A stretch of 49,153 nucleotides of DNA. It comes from Candidatus Avigastranaerophilus sp. Lineage in GTDB: Bacteria; Muiribacteriota; Ozemobacteria; Ozemobacterales; Ozemobacteraceae. Below the pieces are notes generated by a model that saw only the letters and a list, made by a program, of their open reading frames with translations, was not told the origin of the DNA and did not search any database. Location of the stretch: contig JAZUDR010000239.1 of NCBI GenBank assembly GCA_045639725.1, positions 1 through 49,153 of the forward strand, given 5' to 3'. A program made the translations under genes and the position numbers. Below are positions 16,217 to 24,888 of the stretch, one piece after another; the first letter of the stretch is position 1; each line of letters opens with the position of its first letter.

Positions 16217-16983
16217 ATTCGTATGCCCTCATCTTCTTTAATTAGTTTTATTTTGTGACCGCTAATGGCTTTTTTTACCCATTTAAGCTTCAGCAATTCC
16301 TCTTCCGGGGTGCTTAGAAATGCCTTGCGAGCAAATACGTGCCAATGCCAACCGCCATTTTCCAATGCTATTCTAGCACAATAAAAGTCAGAAAAACTAT
16401 CAATAATAGTTTTGATTGAGGGTACATTGTTTTCCGGGAAGAGCCTGGCAATAGCATATACTGGAGCAAAGGGAAATATTGCAGCAGCTACTAGCGATAT
16501 TTCGTTTGCTGTTAAGGAAGAATCGGGAGAGGCTTCCTTGAAGGCTTTCATAGCTAAGGCCAATGCCAGACGGTCTGAATTCCTGCTGATGATGTGGTCT
16601 TTGGCTTGTATTATAGCTTCTATCCAAGGAACTGGATTAAAGCTTTTGTCTGAATTCATGCAGATTGTGTCGTGCAATCTGGCAAGCCATTTGAAGGAAG
16701 GTTCAAGCAGAAGGTCCTGAGATTGATTCCCAGAATTTATTGCAGCTAATCTACAAGCGTCCGTGCCATATTCAGAGATAATTTCCTTATCAAATGGAAG
16801 AACGCATGAAAATGGATTTATGAGGCCTGACTTGTTTGCAGAATTGTCGCTCCAAAGCTGATTTACTCTAAGAATGATATCTTTGTGTAAATCAGTTTCA
16901 GAAAATAAAACAGGCCATTGTCTGACCTGTTTTTCAATAGACTGTGGATTGTAGCGAAACGTCACTGTCTGAGTAAACTCCAA
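16204..16983 (-). CDS. Stand-alone protein resembling the C-terminal (post-KMSKS/anticodon-binding) part of leucyl-tRNA synthetase
   Basis: SANKSGLINPF...IISEYGTDACRLAAINSGNQSQDLLLEPSFKWLARLHDTI aligns by eye to LeuRS KMSKSKGNVVDP...YGADTxRLFxxFxxPxxxxLEWxxxGxxGxxRFLxRVW. The KMSKS motif is degenerate. Confidence 0.4.
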   Translation of the reverse strand: MEFTQTVTFRYNPQSIEKQVRQWPVLFSETDLHKDIILRVNQLWSDNSANKSGLINPFSCVLPFDKEIISEYGTDACRLAAINSGNQSQDLLLEPSFKWLARLHDTICMNSDKSFNPVPWIEAIIQAKDHIISRNSDRLALALAMKAFKEASPDSSLTANEISLVAAAIFPFAPVYAIARLFPENNVPSIKTIIDSFSDFYCARIALENGGWHWHVFARKAFLSTPEEELLKLKWVKKAISGHKIKLIKEDEGIRICLA

Positions 16984-17699
16984 AGTAACTTGGTCTTTTC
17001 GTCTTCTCCAAATACGTGAGTTAAGTCGAAAAGCTGTTTTCTGGCTTCACTTATTAATATCGGTTCGTTAAAGGATTTGCCACAAGCAATCAGGAAGCGG
17101 ATTTCAAAGATTGTGTAATCGTAATCTGAGGCTTCAAGAGCTTCGTTACCAACTTTTAAAGAATCTTTAACAAGCTGCTGATATTTTTCTGCCGGAAGAT
17201 TTTCTTCCTTTAAGCAGGCATTATATCTGCCACAGAATTTGTCGGCTGCTTCTGCTCTTGAAATGAAGTTGGCAAGAGCTAATCTTGTTTCTCCATCGTC
17301 AACGTTTTCTATTTCACGTTTTGCGTTAGTAATCCAGTTACTGGCTGATTCTAATTTGAACAGGCTATCATAAGCTTCTGACTGGCAAATAAGAACGATA
17401 GCTTCGTTAACTTCTGCCTTAGTGAGATAGGTTCCAGTAGCTAATTCACGATATAAATCCAAGGAATCGCAGAAAGTAGAGCGGGCTTCGATGAGCTTCA
17501 GATAAGCTGCTTCAGGCTGTTTCTGGCTGAAGAAATTGAATGCTTCGGCCCAAAGCTTTGTTTGGGTTTCCTGCATTTCTTTGCCTGTTTTATAAGAATA
17601 ACCAAAGCTTACACCAGCTATTATGGCTATTAATACGATTATGCCGATTATTATGCCTGCTGCACCGCCAAATCGGTTGTTCTTCTTGAAATTATTCAT
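16962..17699 (-). CDS. Membrane-anchored helical protein, unknown function
   Basis: A single N-terminal TM (GGAAGIIIGIIVLIAIIAGV) is followed by an all-helical-looking domain. It overlaps both neighbours. Confidence 0.5.
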   Translation of the reverse strand: MNNFKKNNRFGGAAGIIIGIIVLIAIIAGVSFGYSYKTGKEMQETQTKLWAEAFNFFSQKQPEAAYLKLIEARSTFCDSLDLYRELATGTYLTKAEVNEAIVLICQSEAYDSLFKLESASNWITNAKREIENVDDGETRLALANFISRAEAADKFCGRYNACLKEENLPAEKYQQLVKDSLKVGNEALEASDYDYTIFEIRFLIACGKSFNEPILISEARKQLFDLTHVFGEDEKTKLLWSLLRQ

Positions 17700-18684
17700 A
17701 GCTGCTATCGTCTCCGTCAGTTTCTTCTATTTCTTCGCTTTCGCCAGCGTCTGTTTCTGTAATAGACTCATCATGGCGCATATCACGAGCCTGGTTAACA
17801 AACCAGAGAATTACACCCTGGGCACCGGCACTACCGTAAATAATTTGTTCAAGGAACTTATTGCTTTCTGGGATATTGCCAAGGATTCTGTTGGCTCCAG
17901 CAAGAATATACATTACTTCAAAAACGCGTGACTGAGGAAGATTTTCCTTAGGAATTCTGGTTCCATCAGGGAAAAATGCGTCATCAACACCTGTAGCAAG
18001 GTTGGTAATGTTCAAAAATCCTATGGCTTCTTTCAGATATGCCATTTCAAAAGCTTTGTATCTTGCTTTTAATTCAGGATTTTCTGTTTCGTCATAAGCA
18101 TCTCTTGCTGTCCATGCGCCAGAAAGATAAGTGTATCCAAGAATTCTATGGTTGGCTTTTCTTGCTTTATAACATATTGCTGCTAATTCCCATGAACGGA
18201 TAACAGATTCAAGATCGCCTTCTTTTTGAAGTTCATTTATGGGCTTATCTTTTTTCTTGATGTCAATAGCTACTCTATTCAAAAGAGGACTAATCTGTCT
18301 AAGAATAGAGATGTTTACCGGAGTAAGTTCCTTTAGCTTTTCTGATTCAATGTCTTTCCAAATCTGCTGACCATTAGCAGCGGCTCTAACACGGTTAGCT
18401 GCTTCCCATTGAGATTTGTGACTTTCTAGTAAAGCGTGTTTTCTGGCTTCTTCTGCTGTCATTGCCGGGCAAAAATATTTGTCTTCACCTGCATAAAAAC
18501 AATTCGGGCATACACATACAGAATAATAACGAGGCTTAATTGCTCCAAGGTATGTTGGTCTGTAATCTATGTCGCGCTTATCCAGGCTGAATTGATTCTT
18601 TTTCAATTTGTAGCGTGTGAATCTGTGACCACAGATCGGACAGGCTATTTCTTGGGGTATGAAGAGTTTGTCGTTTATTGCCAT
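17692..18684 (-). CDS. DUF2225-like zinc-ribbon protein with helical C-terminal domain and acidic tail
   Basis: I prefer the ATG at 18684; the track start at 18723 is TTG. CPICGHRF...YYSVCVCPNCFYAG is the CxxC...CPxC pattern I associate with DUF2225. The tail reads ETDAGESEEIEETDGDD. Confidence 0.55.
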   Translation of the reverse strand: MAINDKLFIPQEIACPICGHRFTRYKLKKNQFSLDKRDIDYRPTYLGAIKPRYYSVCVCPNCFYAGEDKYFCPAMTAEEARKHALLESHKSQWEAANRVRAAANGQQIWKDIESEKLKELTPVNISILRQISPLLNRVAIDIKKKDKPINELQKEGDLESVIRSWELAAICYKARKANHRILGYTYLSGAWTARDAYDETENPELKARYKAFEMAYLKEAIGFLNITNLATGVDDAFFPDGTRIPKENLPQSRVFEVMYILAGANRILGNIPESNKFLEQIIYGSAGAQGVILWFVNQARDMRHDESITETDAGESEEIEETDGDDSSYE

Positions 18685-18779
18685 AAATACACCACTTACT
18701 AGAATATAATTATATTTATACAAAATACAGCAAATTTATATAATCTGCAACTTTTGATTTGCTTAGTAAAAACTTTTAT

Positions 18780-20807
18780 TCATTTCAAGCTTTCTATGCT
18801 GACACCAACCATTTCGCAAAGCTCAAATTCATTTATGATAGGCTTTGATAGCTGAATTGCTTTTGTCTTTTTGGTTGAAGAAAAGTCTTCGCCTTCAAGG
18901 GAGCCTATTACAAGATAATCTGTTTTTACTGAAACGGAACTCTTGGTCTGACCGCCAGAGGACTTTATCAGATCTTCCAGTTTTCGTCTCGGAACACTTG
19001 CTTCACCGGTAACAACAAAGGATTTCCCTTCGAGCTTGTTGCTGGCTTTGCTTGCTTCAAGTTCTTCCGCACTAGGTCCATGCCACCAGTTCTTCACTGC
19101 TGATATGAAATTCTGGTTGTTGGGGCTGGAAATGAAGCTGATTATGCCTTGAGCTATTTTGTCCTGAATGCCTTCTATATTTTGCAGCTTTTCGGGAGTG
19201 ACAGCGAGGAACTCTTCAAGAGACTGATGGACAGCCTTAGCTATGCTTTCACTTACTACAATACCTACATTGGCTATACCTAAGGCCGAAATAAGTCTGT
19301 ATAGCGGTTTAGATGAAGCTTTGTTTATGCTTGCAACAATCTTTGATGCTGATTTTAAGCCCATTCTGTCTACAGAAGCCAATTGTTCTTCTGTAAGTCT
19401 AAGTATGTCTTCGGGCTGAGAGATGAGCTTTTGTTCCAATAAACGGTCCACAAGCTGTGGCCCAAAGTTTTCTATTTCAAGCTGGGTAATGAAGTGGGTG
19501 GTCCGTCTTGCTTTTACGCCAAGACATAATTCGTTATCGCAACGGGCTATCGTAGATGCATCGTCTTCGTCTTTGGTTACTGTGACTTTACCGCCACAGG
19601 CAGGACAGAATTCAGGAACTTGTATTTCCTGTTCCTGACCCGTTCTTTCTTCTTTAACCGGACCAACAACGTAAGGAATTATGTATGCCGCTTTTTCTAC
19701 CAACACTAAGTCGCCTAAGCGGATATCTTTTTCCCGTATCTGGTCTATGTTGTGGAGGCTTGCTCTGGAGACCGTTGTTCCACAGAGTTCAACTGGCTCT
19801 AGACAGGCAACAGGTGTGAGCTTTGAACGCCCAACCTGCCATTCTACGTTCAAAAGACGTGAACGAGCTCTTTCCTGCGGATATTTGTAGGCAATAACCC
19901 AGCGTGGAGCTTTGGCTGTAGTTCCAAGCTCTTCTTGTTTATCCAGGTCGTCAATCTTTAAGACAACGCCGTCTATGTCAAAGTTCAGGTCTTTGCGAAG
20001 CGCGTCAATTCTTGATATAAAATTCTGAACATCTTCAACATTGTTGCAGATTTGAATTTCCTGATTGAGCTTAAAGCCCTGCTGCTTTAAAAAATTAAGA
20101 GCCTCTGAGTGCTTTTTGAAGCCTAATTCTTTTGCCTGAGCTATTCCATAAACCATGACGCCAAGCTTACGCTGAGCTGCTACATTGGGGTCCAGTGACT
20201 TGACTGTGCCTGAAGTAAGATTGCGGCAATTCTTGAATGGTTCAAGGCCTTCGGCAATACGTGCATCGTTCAGTTCCTTTAATACAGAACGAGGGGTGTA
20301 TATTTCTCCTCTTACGTCTATGTCAAGCTTACTTGATATGTTCAGTGGTAACGACTTAACTGTTTTTATGTTGTTGGTTACCAGGTCGCCTTCTATGCCG
20401 TTGCCGCGTGTTGCGCCATTTATCAATATGCCTTCATTATAATTAAAGGAACCTGAGATGCCGTCTATCTTCAATTCAGCGACAACTGGAAACGGACTGC
20501 GATTAAGAAGTTTTTCGCAGCGGTCTATCCATTCCATGATGTCAGGAAGTGAATATGAGTTTTCTATGCTCATCATTGGAACGCGGTGCCTGATCGAATC
20601 AAAGGAGGTTACAGAACCGCCTACACGCTGGGTTGGAGAATCCGGTGTTACTAGTTCAGGATATTGCTTTTCCAGTTCTTCAAGCTGTTTTAAAAGAATA
20701 TCGAATTCTTTGTCTGAAATTTCCGGGTTAGATTCTACATAATATAGATACTCGTGTCTGCGTATCTGTTGTCGTAAGGACTCCAGTTTTTCTTTTATTT
20801 CCTGCAT
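18780..20807 (-). CDS. ligA: NAD-dependent DNA ligase LigA
   Basis: 675 aa. The adenylation motif is ELKIDGIS (KxDG). A Zn finger CPACGGKV...C, HhH repeats and a C-terminal BRCT (GKSFVVTG) are present. Confidence 0.95.
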   Translation of the reverse strand: MQEIKEKLESLRQQIRRHEYLYYVESNPEISDKEFDILLKQLEELEKQYPELVTPDSPTQRVGGSVTSFDSIRHRVPMMSIENSYSLPDIMEWIDRCEKLLNRSPFPVVAELKIDGISGSFNYNEGILINGATRGNGIEGDLVTNNIKTVKSLPLNISSKLDIDVRGEIYTPRSVLKELNDARIAEGLEPFKNCRNLTSGTVKSLDPNVAAQRKLGVMVYGIAQAKELGFKKHSEALNFLKQQGFKLNQEIQICNNVEDVQNFISRIDALRKDLNFDIDGVVLKIDDLDKQEELGTTAKAPRWVIAYKYPQERARSRLLNVEWQVGRSKLTPVACLEPVELCGTTVSRASLHNIDQIREKDIRLGDLVLVEKAAYIIPYVVGPVKEERTGQEQEIQVPEFCPACGGKVTVTKDEDDASTIARCDNELCLGVKARRTTHFITQLEIENFGPQLVDRLLEQKLISQPEDILRLTEEQLASVDRMGLKSASKIVASINKASSKPLYRLISALGIANVGIVVSESIAKAVHQSLEEFLAVTPEKLQNIEGIQDKIAQGIISFISSPNNQNFISAVKNWWHGPSAEELEASKASNKLEGKSFVVTGEASVPRRKLEDLIKSSGGQTKSSVSVKTDYLVIGSLEGEDFSSTKKTKAIQLSKPIINEFELCEMVGVSIESLK

Positions 20808-21956
20808 TTAATCTACCACCGCTGTGTTGATATACTGAATACCATTGGCTGTTCCAATCCATAAAATGTCGCCATGGACTGCAAGCTTTCTGATTTCTTC
20901 TGGATTTTCGCCAGATAATGGTGAAATTGTCTGTATCTGATTGTTGCGGAATCTTGCTAAGCCTTTTGCTGTTCCGAGCCATAGAGAATTTTTGTGATAA
21001 ACCATGGTGTTTATTTTGGAAGACGGAAGTCCGTTGGGTTCTGTATAGCTGATTGATTCCCGCGAAAAGTCATATAACTGCTTCATGGAAGTTTTTAATA
21101 GGATTAATCCTGATGGTGTAGCCAGCCATATGTTGTTTCCATCAAAAGCGATGTCGTTAATTGGTCTTGGAATGTTGGTCTTTGTGTGCTCGAGATTCTT
21201 CCATACTGTTGGATTTGCTGCCGGATACTGTATGTTCCAAATGCTTAATCCACTGTCATTGGCTACTGCGAGGTATTGGTTGAATTGCAGGAGTCTTGTG
21301 CACCAATCGCTTTTAAGACCATTGTTGGTGCTGTCTTTGGTTAGACAATCAATCTGGTTGTTTGAATTCTTGAAAACAACGCCCTTTGTTGTTGCCAGCC
21401 AAAGATTGCTGTTATCCCACAGAATGGATAATATTACCTTTGATGGCAGGGGATACTTGTCGCTTTCATTCTTGAATACATCGTTCTTACTAAGCTTGCA
21501 GAGTCCATACAGGCTGCCTGCAAAGATTTCATTCTGCAAACACTCGATGCATTCTGCCTGTGGAAAAGGAAATTTGTTGTTCTGATTTGTGTAAGCAGTT
21601 AGTTCATTGTTGCTTAACTTGTATACTCCACTATTGGTAGCTAACCAGACATTTCCTGACTGGTCTATCTTTATATCGTTGATTGGAGGAGTCTGGATGC
21701 GCTTACTGAAAGGAACCGGCAGATTCTTTCGGTTCTTTGAGCTTGCCACATTCTGTATCGGAATATGGTTTTCAGCAGTATTGCTTTCCACTGCAACCGG
21801 TGGCTGTTCAAGCTTAATTGCTTCTGTGGCAGGTGTTTGGGAAAATTTTGCGACTATAAATACAATTAATAATACAGCTATAATCGATAATGTGATTATT
21901 ACCGGCTTCTTATGATTCTGAAGGAAATTTTTGAAGTTTTCTATGCTTAGTTTCAT
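20808..21956 (-). CDS. Membrane-anchored beta-propeller protein with Reg_prop-type repeats
   Basis: An N-terminal TM is followed by the repeated blades GNVWLATNSGVYKL, NLWLATTKGVVF, NNIWLATPSGLILL, SLWLGTAKGLARF and DILWIGTANGIQYI. Its stop abuts the ligA start. Confidence 0.65.
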   Translation of the reverse strand: MKLSIENFKNFLQNHKKPVIITLSIIAVLLIVFIVAKFSQTPATEAIKLEQPPVAVESNTAENHIPIQNVASSKNRKNLPVPFSKRIQTPPINDIKIDQSGNVWLATNSGVYKLSNNELTAYTNQNNKFPFPQAECIECLQNEIFAGSLYGLCKLSKNDVFKNESDKYPLPSKVILSILWDNSNLWLATTKGVVFKNSNNQIDCLTKDSTNNGLKSDWCTRLLQFNQYLAVANDSGLSIWNIQYPAANPTVWKNLEHTKTNIPRPINDIAFDGNNIWLATPSGLILLKTSMKQLYDFSRESISYTEPNGLPSSKINTMVYHKNSLWLGTAKGLARFRNNQIQTISPLSGENPEEIRKLAVHGDILWIGTANGIQYINTAVVD

Positions 21957-23132
21957 TTAAAACAAACCCTCCAGGGAAACGGGGATAGCTTGTTTTTCTT
22001 TTATTATGGCTATTTCTGCAGGTCTTACCTGGTTGCCATAATTGTCAAAACCGCCTGAACCTATGATACTATCCCAACCATGACAGGAAGCCAGACTTTC
22101 TCTGAGTGATTGTTCCTGCTTGGTGGCTGTGTTTTCTAAGGCAAAAGCAAGGACCATTACAGATTCGTAACCGGTAGCCGCGTCAGCATCAGCTTGTCGG
22201 CCATAGACTTCCTGAAAGGAATTTAAAAAATTGTCTGATAATTGGCCACCTGCTCGCGGATTATAGGGCAGGGTAGTTATGACACCTTCTGAATAAATCC
22301 CGGCTAACTGCAAGAATTCGCTGGAGTTACACTGATTTGCACCTATTATCAGGTTCTTGAATCGCATTTCTCTAGCTTGTCTTACTATTAATGCAGATTC
22401 TGCTGCCGGTGCCAGAATGACTAATGAATCCGGGCGAGATTTAAATAGTTCGGCAAGGTGGGTTTTGAAATTTACTGTTCCTTTACTGAAGGAAACACTG
22501 CTTGTTATTTGCTGATAATATTTTGCACTGATTTCAGAATATTTTCTGGCACTTTCTTCACCGTAGAGGTCCATATCGTAGATTATGGCAGGACGTCTTA
22601 TATCGTAACGGCTGCTGGAATAAGAAGAAAGAATATCAAACTGGTGCTGGTCATCTGTTATTGTTCTGAAGGTATAGGCCGATGCCTGGGCTATTTCAAA
22701 ATGAGTGCAGATGCCTGTTATGAAAGGTATCAGGGCTCTTTCTGATATGTATTGTATTTTTCTTGTTTCTTCAGAAGTAAAACCGCCTAGTATGGCTTCT
22801 GATTTTGAATCATAGATTAAATCACGGGTAGCTTCAGTAACATCGTTCAGACTGCTGTCTTTTATGTGAAGCTCAATTCTGCGGTTGTTTATGCCGCCTT
22901 GATTGTTTATGTGCCTGATTGCCAGATTGATTCCGTCCAGATGATTCTGGACTCTGTTCTTAAAACCGCCAGACAAGGGCAGGACTACCCCTATGTTTAT
23001 GTTATTACTCTTAAAATCTATTGAGAACAATAAAAGCAGAAGTAATACAGGGATTACCAGTAGCTGAAAAAGATCGAGCTTACGAAAGAAACGTTTAATG
23101 GATTTTGTGATTTTTTTTAACTTAGCTTTCAT
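21957..23132 (-). CDS. LivK-like (Peripla_BP_6) solute-binding protein, membrane-anchored
   Basis: INIGVVLPLSGGFKNRVQNHLDGINLAIRHINNQGGINNRRIELHIKDS matches the type-I periplasmic binding-protein N-terminal pattern. Confidence 0.65.
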   Translation of the reverse strand: MKAKLKKITKSIKRFFRKLDLFQLLVIPVLLLLLLFSIDFKSNNINIGVVLPLSGGFKNRVQNHLDGINLAIRHINNQGGINNRRIELHIKDSSLNDVTEATRDLIYDSKSEAILGGFTSEETRKIQYISERALIPFITGICTHFEIAQASAYTFRTITDDQHQFDILSSYSSSRYDIRRPAIIYDMDLYGEESARKYSEISAKYYQQITSSVSFSKGTVNFKTHLAELFKSRPDSLVILAPAAESALIVRQAREMRFKNLIIGANQCNSSEFLQLAGIYSEGVITTLPYNPRAGGQLSDNFLNSFQEVYGRQADADAATGYESVMVLAFALENTATKQEQSLRESLASCHGWDSIIGSGGFDNYGNQVRPAEIAIIKEKQAIPVSLEGLF

Positions 23133-23494
23133 ACGCAGCTATTTTTTATATAGGTTAATATCAATAGGAAAAGACCAACATAAAGCGCTAAACTGAAGAA
23201 ATACAACAGGGCAAAAAACAAGAATGGAAGCTCCTTCAGCACTTTATTGAAGAATTCATTTTCTACTTCCTTTAAGATAGGTTCCATGTTGGACAGGCGG
23301 TCAAATAGAAAGAATATTATCCCTCCCAATCCAAAAAAGCCTACAGCAAATCCAAAACCAGAGGCAAACAAAGGTGTGTATTCGTTATGTGGAGCTGTGT
23401 TATAAAGCAGATAGGCAACACAAAGACTTAATGCTAGTGAAAAACAGAATACTAGCGAAGCCCAGAATAACCACTTCCAAACAAATTCTTTCAT
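23129..23494 (-). CDS. Small polytopic membrane protein, unknown function
   Basis: The hydrophobic ORF has its first ATG at 23494. The track extends it to a TTG at 23572, so the start is uncertain. Its stop overlaps the next gene's start. Confidence 0.45.
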   Translation of the reverse strand: MKEFVWKWLFWASLVFCFSLALSLCVAYLLYNTAPHNEYTPLFASGFGFAVGFFGLGGIIFFLFDRLSNMEPILKEVENEFFNKVLKELPFLFFALLYFFSLALYVGLFLLILTYIKNSCV

Positions 23495-23668
23495 CTTACT
23501 TTGCCCCAAATATAGATATAATTTTATACCACAAGCAAGACATAAAAAGCAATAAACTATAAAAGCAGTCAAAGCTTAAAACTATATTTGAATTGCAATG
23601 TCGGTTTCCTAAAAATATTGCTCAAAATGCTAATAAATGATAACTTAATTTTAGGTGAAATTAATACG

Positions 23669-24130
23669 ATGAAGAGAATTTTCAAAAACAGGGCGTTTAC
23701 GTTGCCAGAGCTGTTAATCACTATTTTGTTGCTGGCTATTCTTTTTACTCTCGGAATTATTATGACGTCAGGTTTTGACCAATCCAAGAAGCTTAGAGAT
23801 TATAGCGTTGCTGTGGCATTGGCTCAACAGGCTCTGGAGATTGCGCGCTCATCACCTTTCGAAATTCTTGACGACGAGGACGCCGGTTCCAATAGTGTCG
23901 AAACAGATTTTAATTCTGTGAACGGTGAGAATGATCTCATTGTTCCTGATTATGATTCTGGCTTTGCAAAGTATCACAGATTTGTTGAAATTCATGATGT
24001 GAAAGCTGCTACTGATAATAATCGGTCTATTGGTCTCAAGACAATAAAGGTTACTGTAGAATGGAACGCCGATGAATCTGCCAAGAAAGAGAAATTTGTT
24101 GTTTCGTCTTCTATAGCTGATATTAACTAA
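23669..24130 (+). CDS. Prepilin-type N-terminal methylation-domain protein (pseudopilin/minor pilin)
   Basis: ATG at 23669 follows AGGTGA; the track start at 23588 is less likely. MKRIFKNRAFTLPELLITILLLAILF is the class III signal-peptide motif, with Glu at +5. Confidence 0.8.
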   Translation: MKRIFKNRAFTLPELLITILLLAILFTLGIIMTSGFDQSKKLRDYSVAVALAQQALEIARSSPFEILDDEDAGSNSVETDFNSVNGENDLIVPDYDSGFAKYHRFVEIHDVKAATDNNRSIGLKTIKVTVEWNADESAKKEKFVVSSSIADIN

Positions 24131-24141
24131 GGGCGCTTATT

Positions 24142-24888
24142 ATGAAGAGAAGATTTGCTTTTACTATAGTAGAAACCTTGATGGTGGCACTTATTATGTG
24201 CTTCATTCTCGGTTTTGCGTATAAGATTTTCTTCTCTCAGACAAGAGCTGTAACTCAGACAATCGATGCTTTGCAGACTAATGAAGGATTTAGACGTGTT
24301 CTGGCTTTCATGGGTGACGACATCCGTGAAGCGACTAGAATTGTTAAACCTACACCAGTTACTTTAGATCAGGTGAGCTCTATTGAAACAACCACGGGCT
24401 CAATAATGATTGTGCAGAGTTCTGAAATAGACCCGAAGATTCCTTTTGATAGCCCATTGGGAGGGCAGATTTCGCAGATATCGACTATCGAATATGAGCT
24501 TGAACCAATGAATAAACCTTCTGAAAACGGTCAGCTCTCCAGTGATGACGGGCCTGTCAGATACAGATTAGTAAGAAACGCTCATGTCGAAGAAAAAAAT
24601 GGTGAACAGAGCCGCCAAAGGCAGGTTATAGCTGACAATATCAAGGAATTGATAATCTATAGAACTGTTCGCAAGCCTTTTAAGGCAGCCAATATAGAAT
24701 CTTCCAGCGATAAGCTTATTGAACAGATTCCTTTAAGTGAAGCAGGAACCGGTAATAGCTTGATTCACGTAAAGATGGTCATAGAAAGACACCGCAACGA
24801 AAACGAAAAAGACAGGAAGAATATTTATACAATTACTATGAATACAAGCTTCTATAAGCGCGGAAAAGAGATATTCCTACACCCATGA
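24142..24888 (+). CDS. Prepilin-type N-terminal domain protein (minor pseudopilin)
   Basis: MKRRFAFTIVETLMVALIM is a prepilin-like leader plus hydrophobic helix. The gene is adjacent to and co-oriented with the previous one. Confidence 0.7.
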   Translation: MKRRFAFTIVETLMVALIMCFILGFAYKIFFSQTRAVTQTIDALQTNEGFRRVLAFMGDDIREATRIVKPTPVTLDQVSSIETTTGSIMIVQSSEIDPKIPFDSPLGGQISQISTIEYELEPMNKPSENGQLSSDDGPVRYRLVRNAHVEEKNGEQSRQRQVIADNIKELIIYRTVRKPFKAANIESSSDKLIEQIPLSEAGTGNSLIHVKMVIERHRNENEKDRKNIYTITMNTSFYKRGKEIFLHP

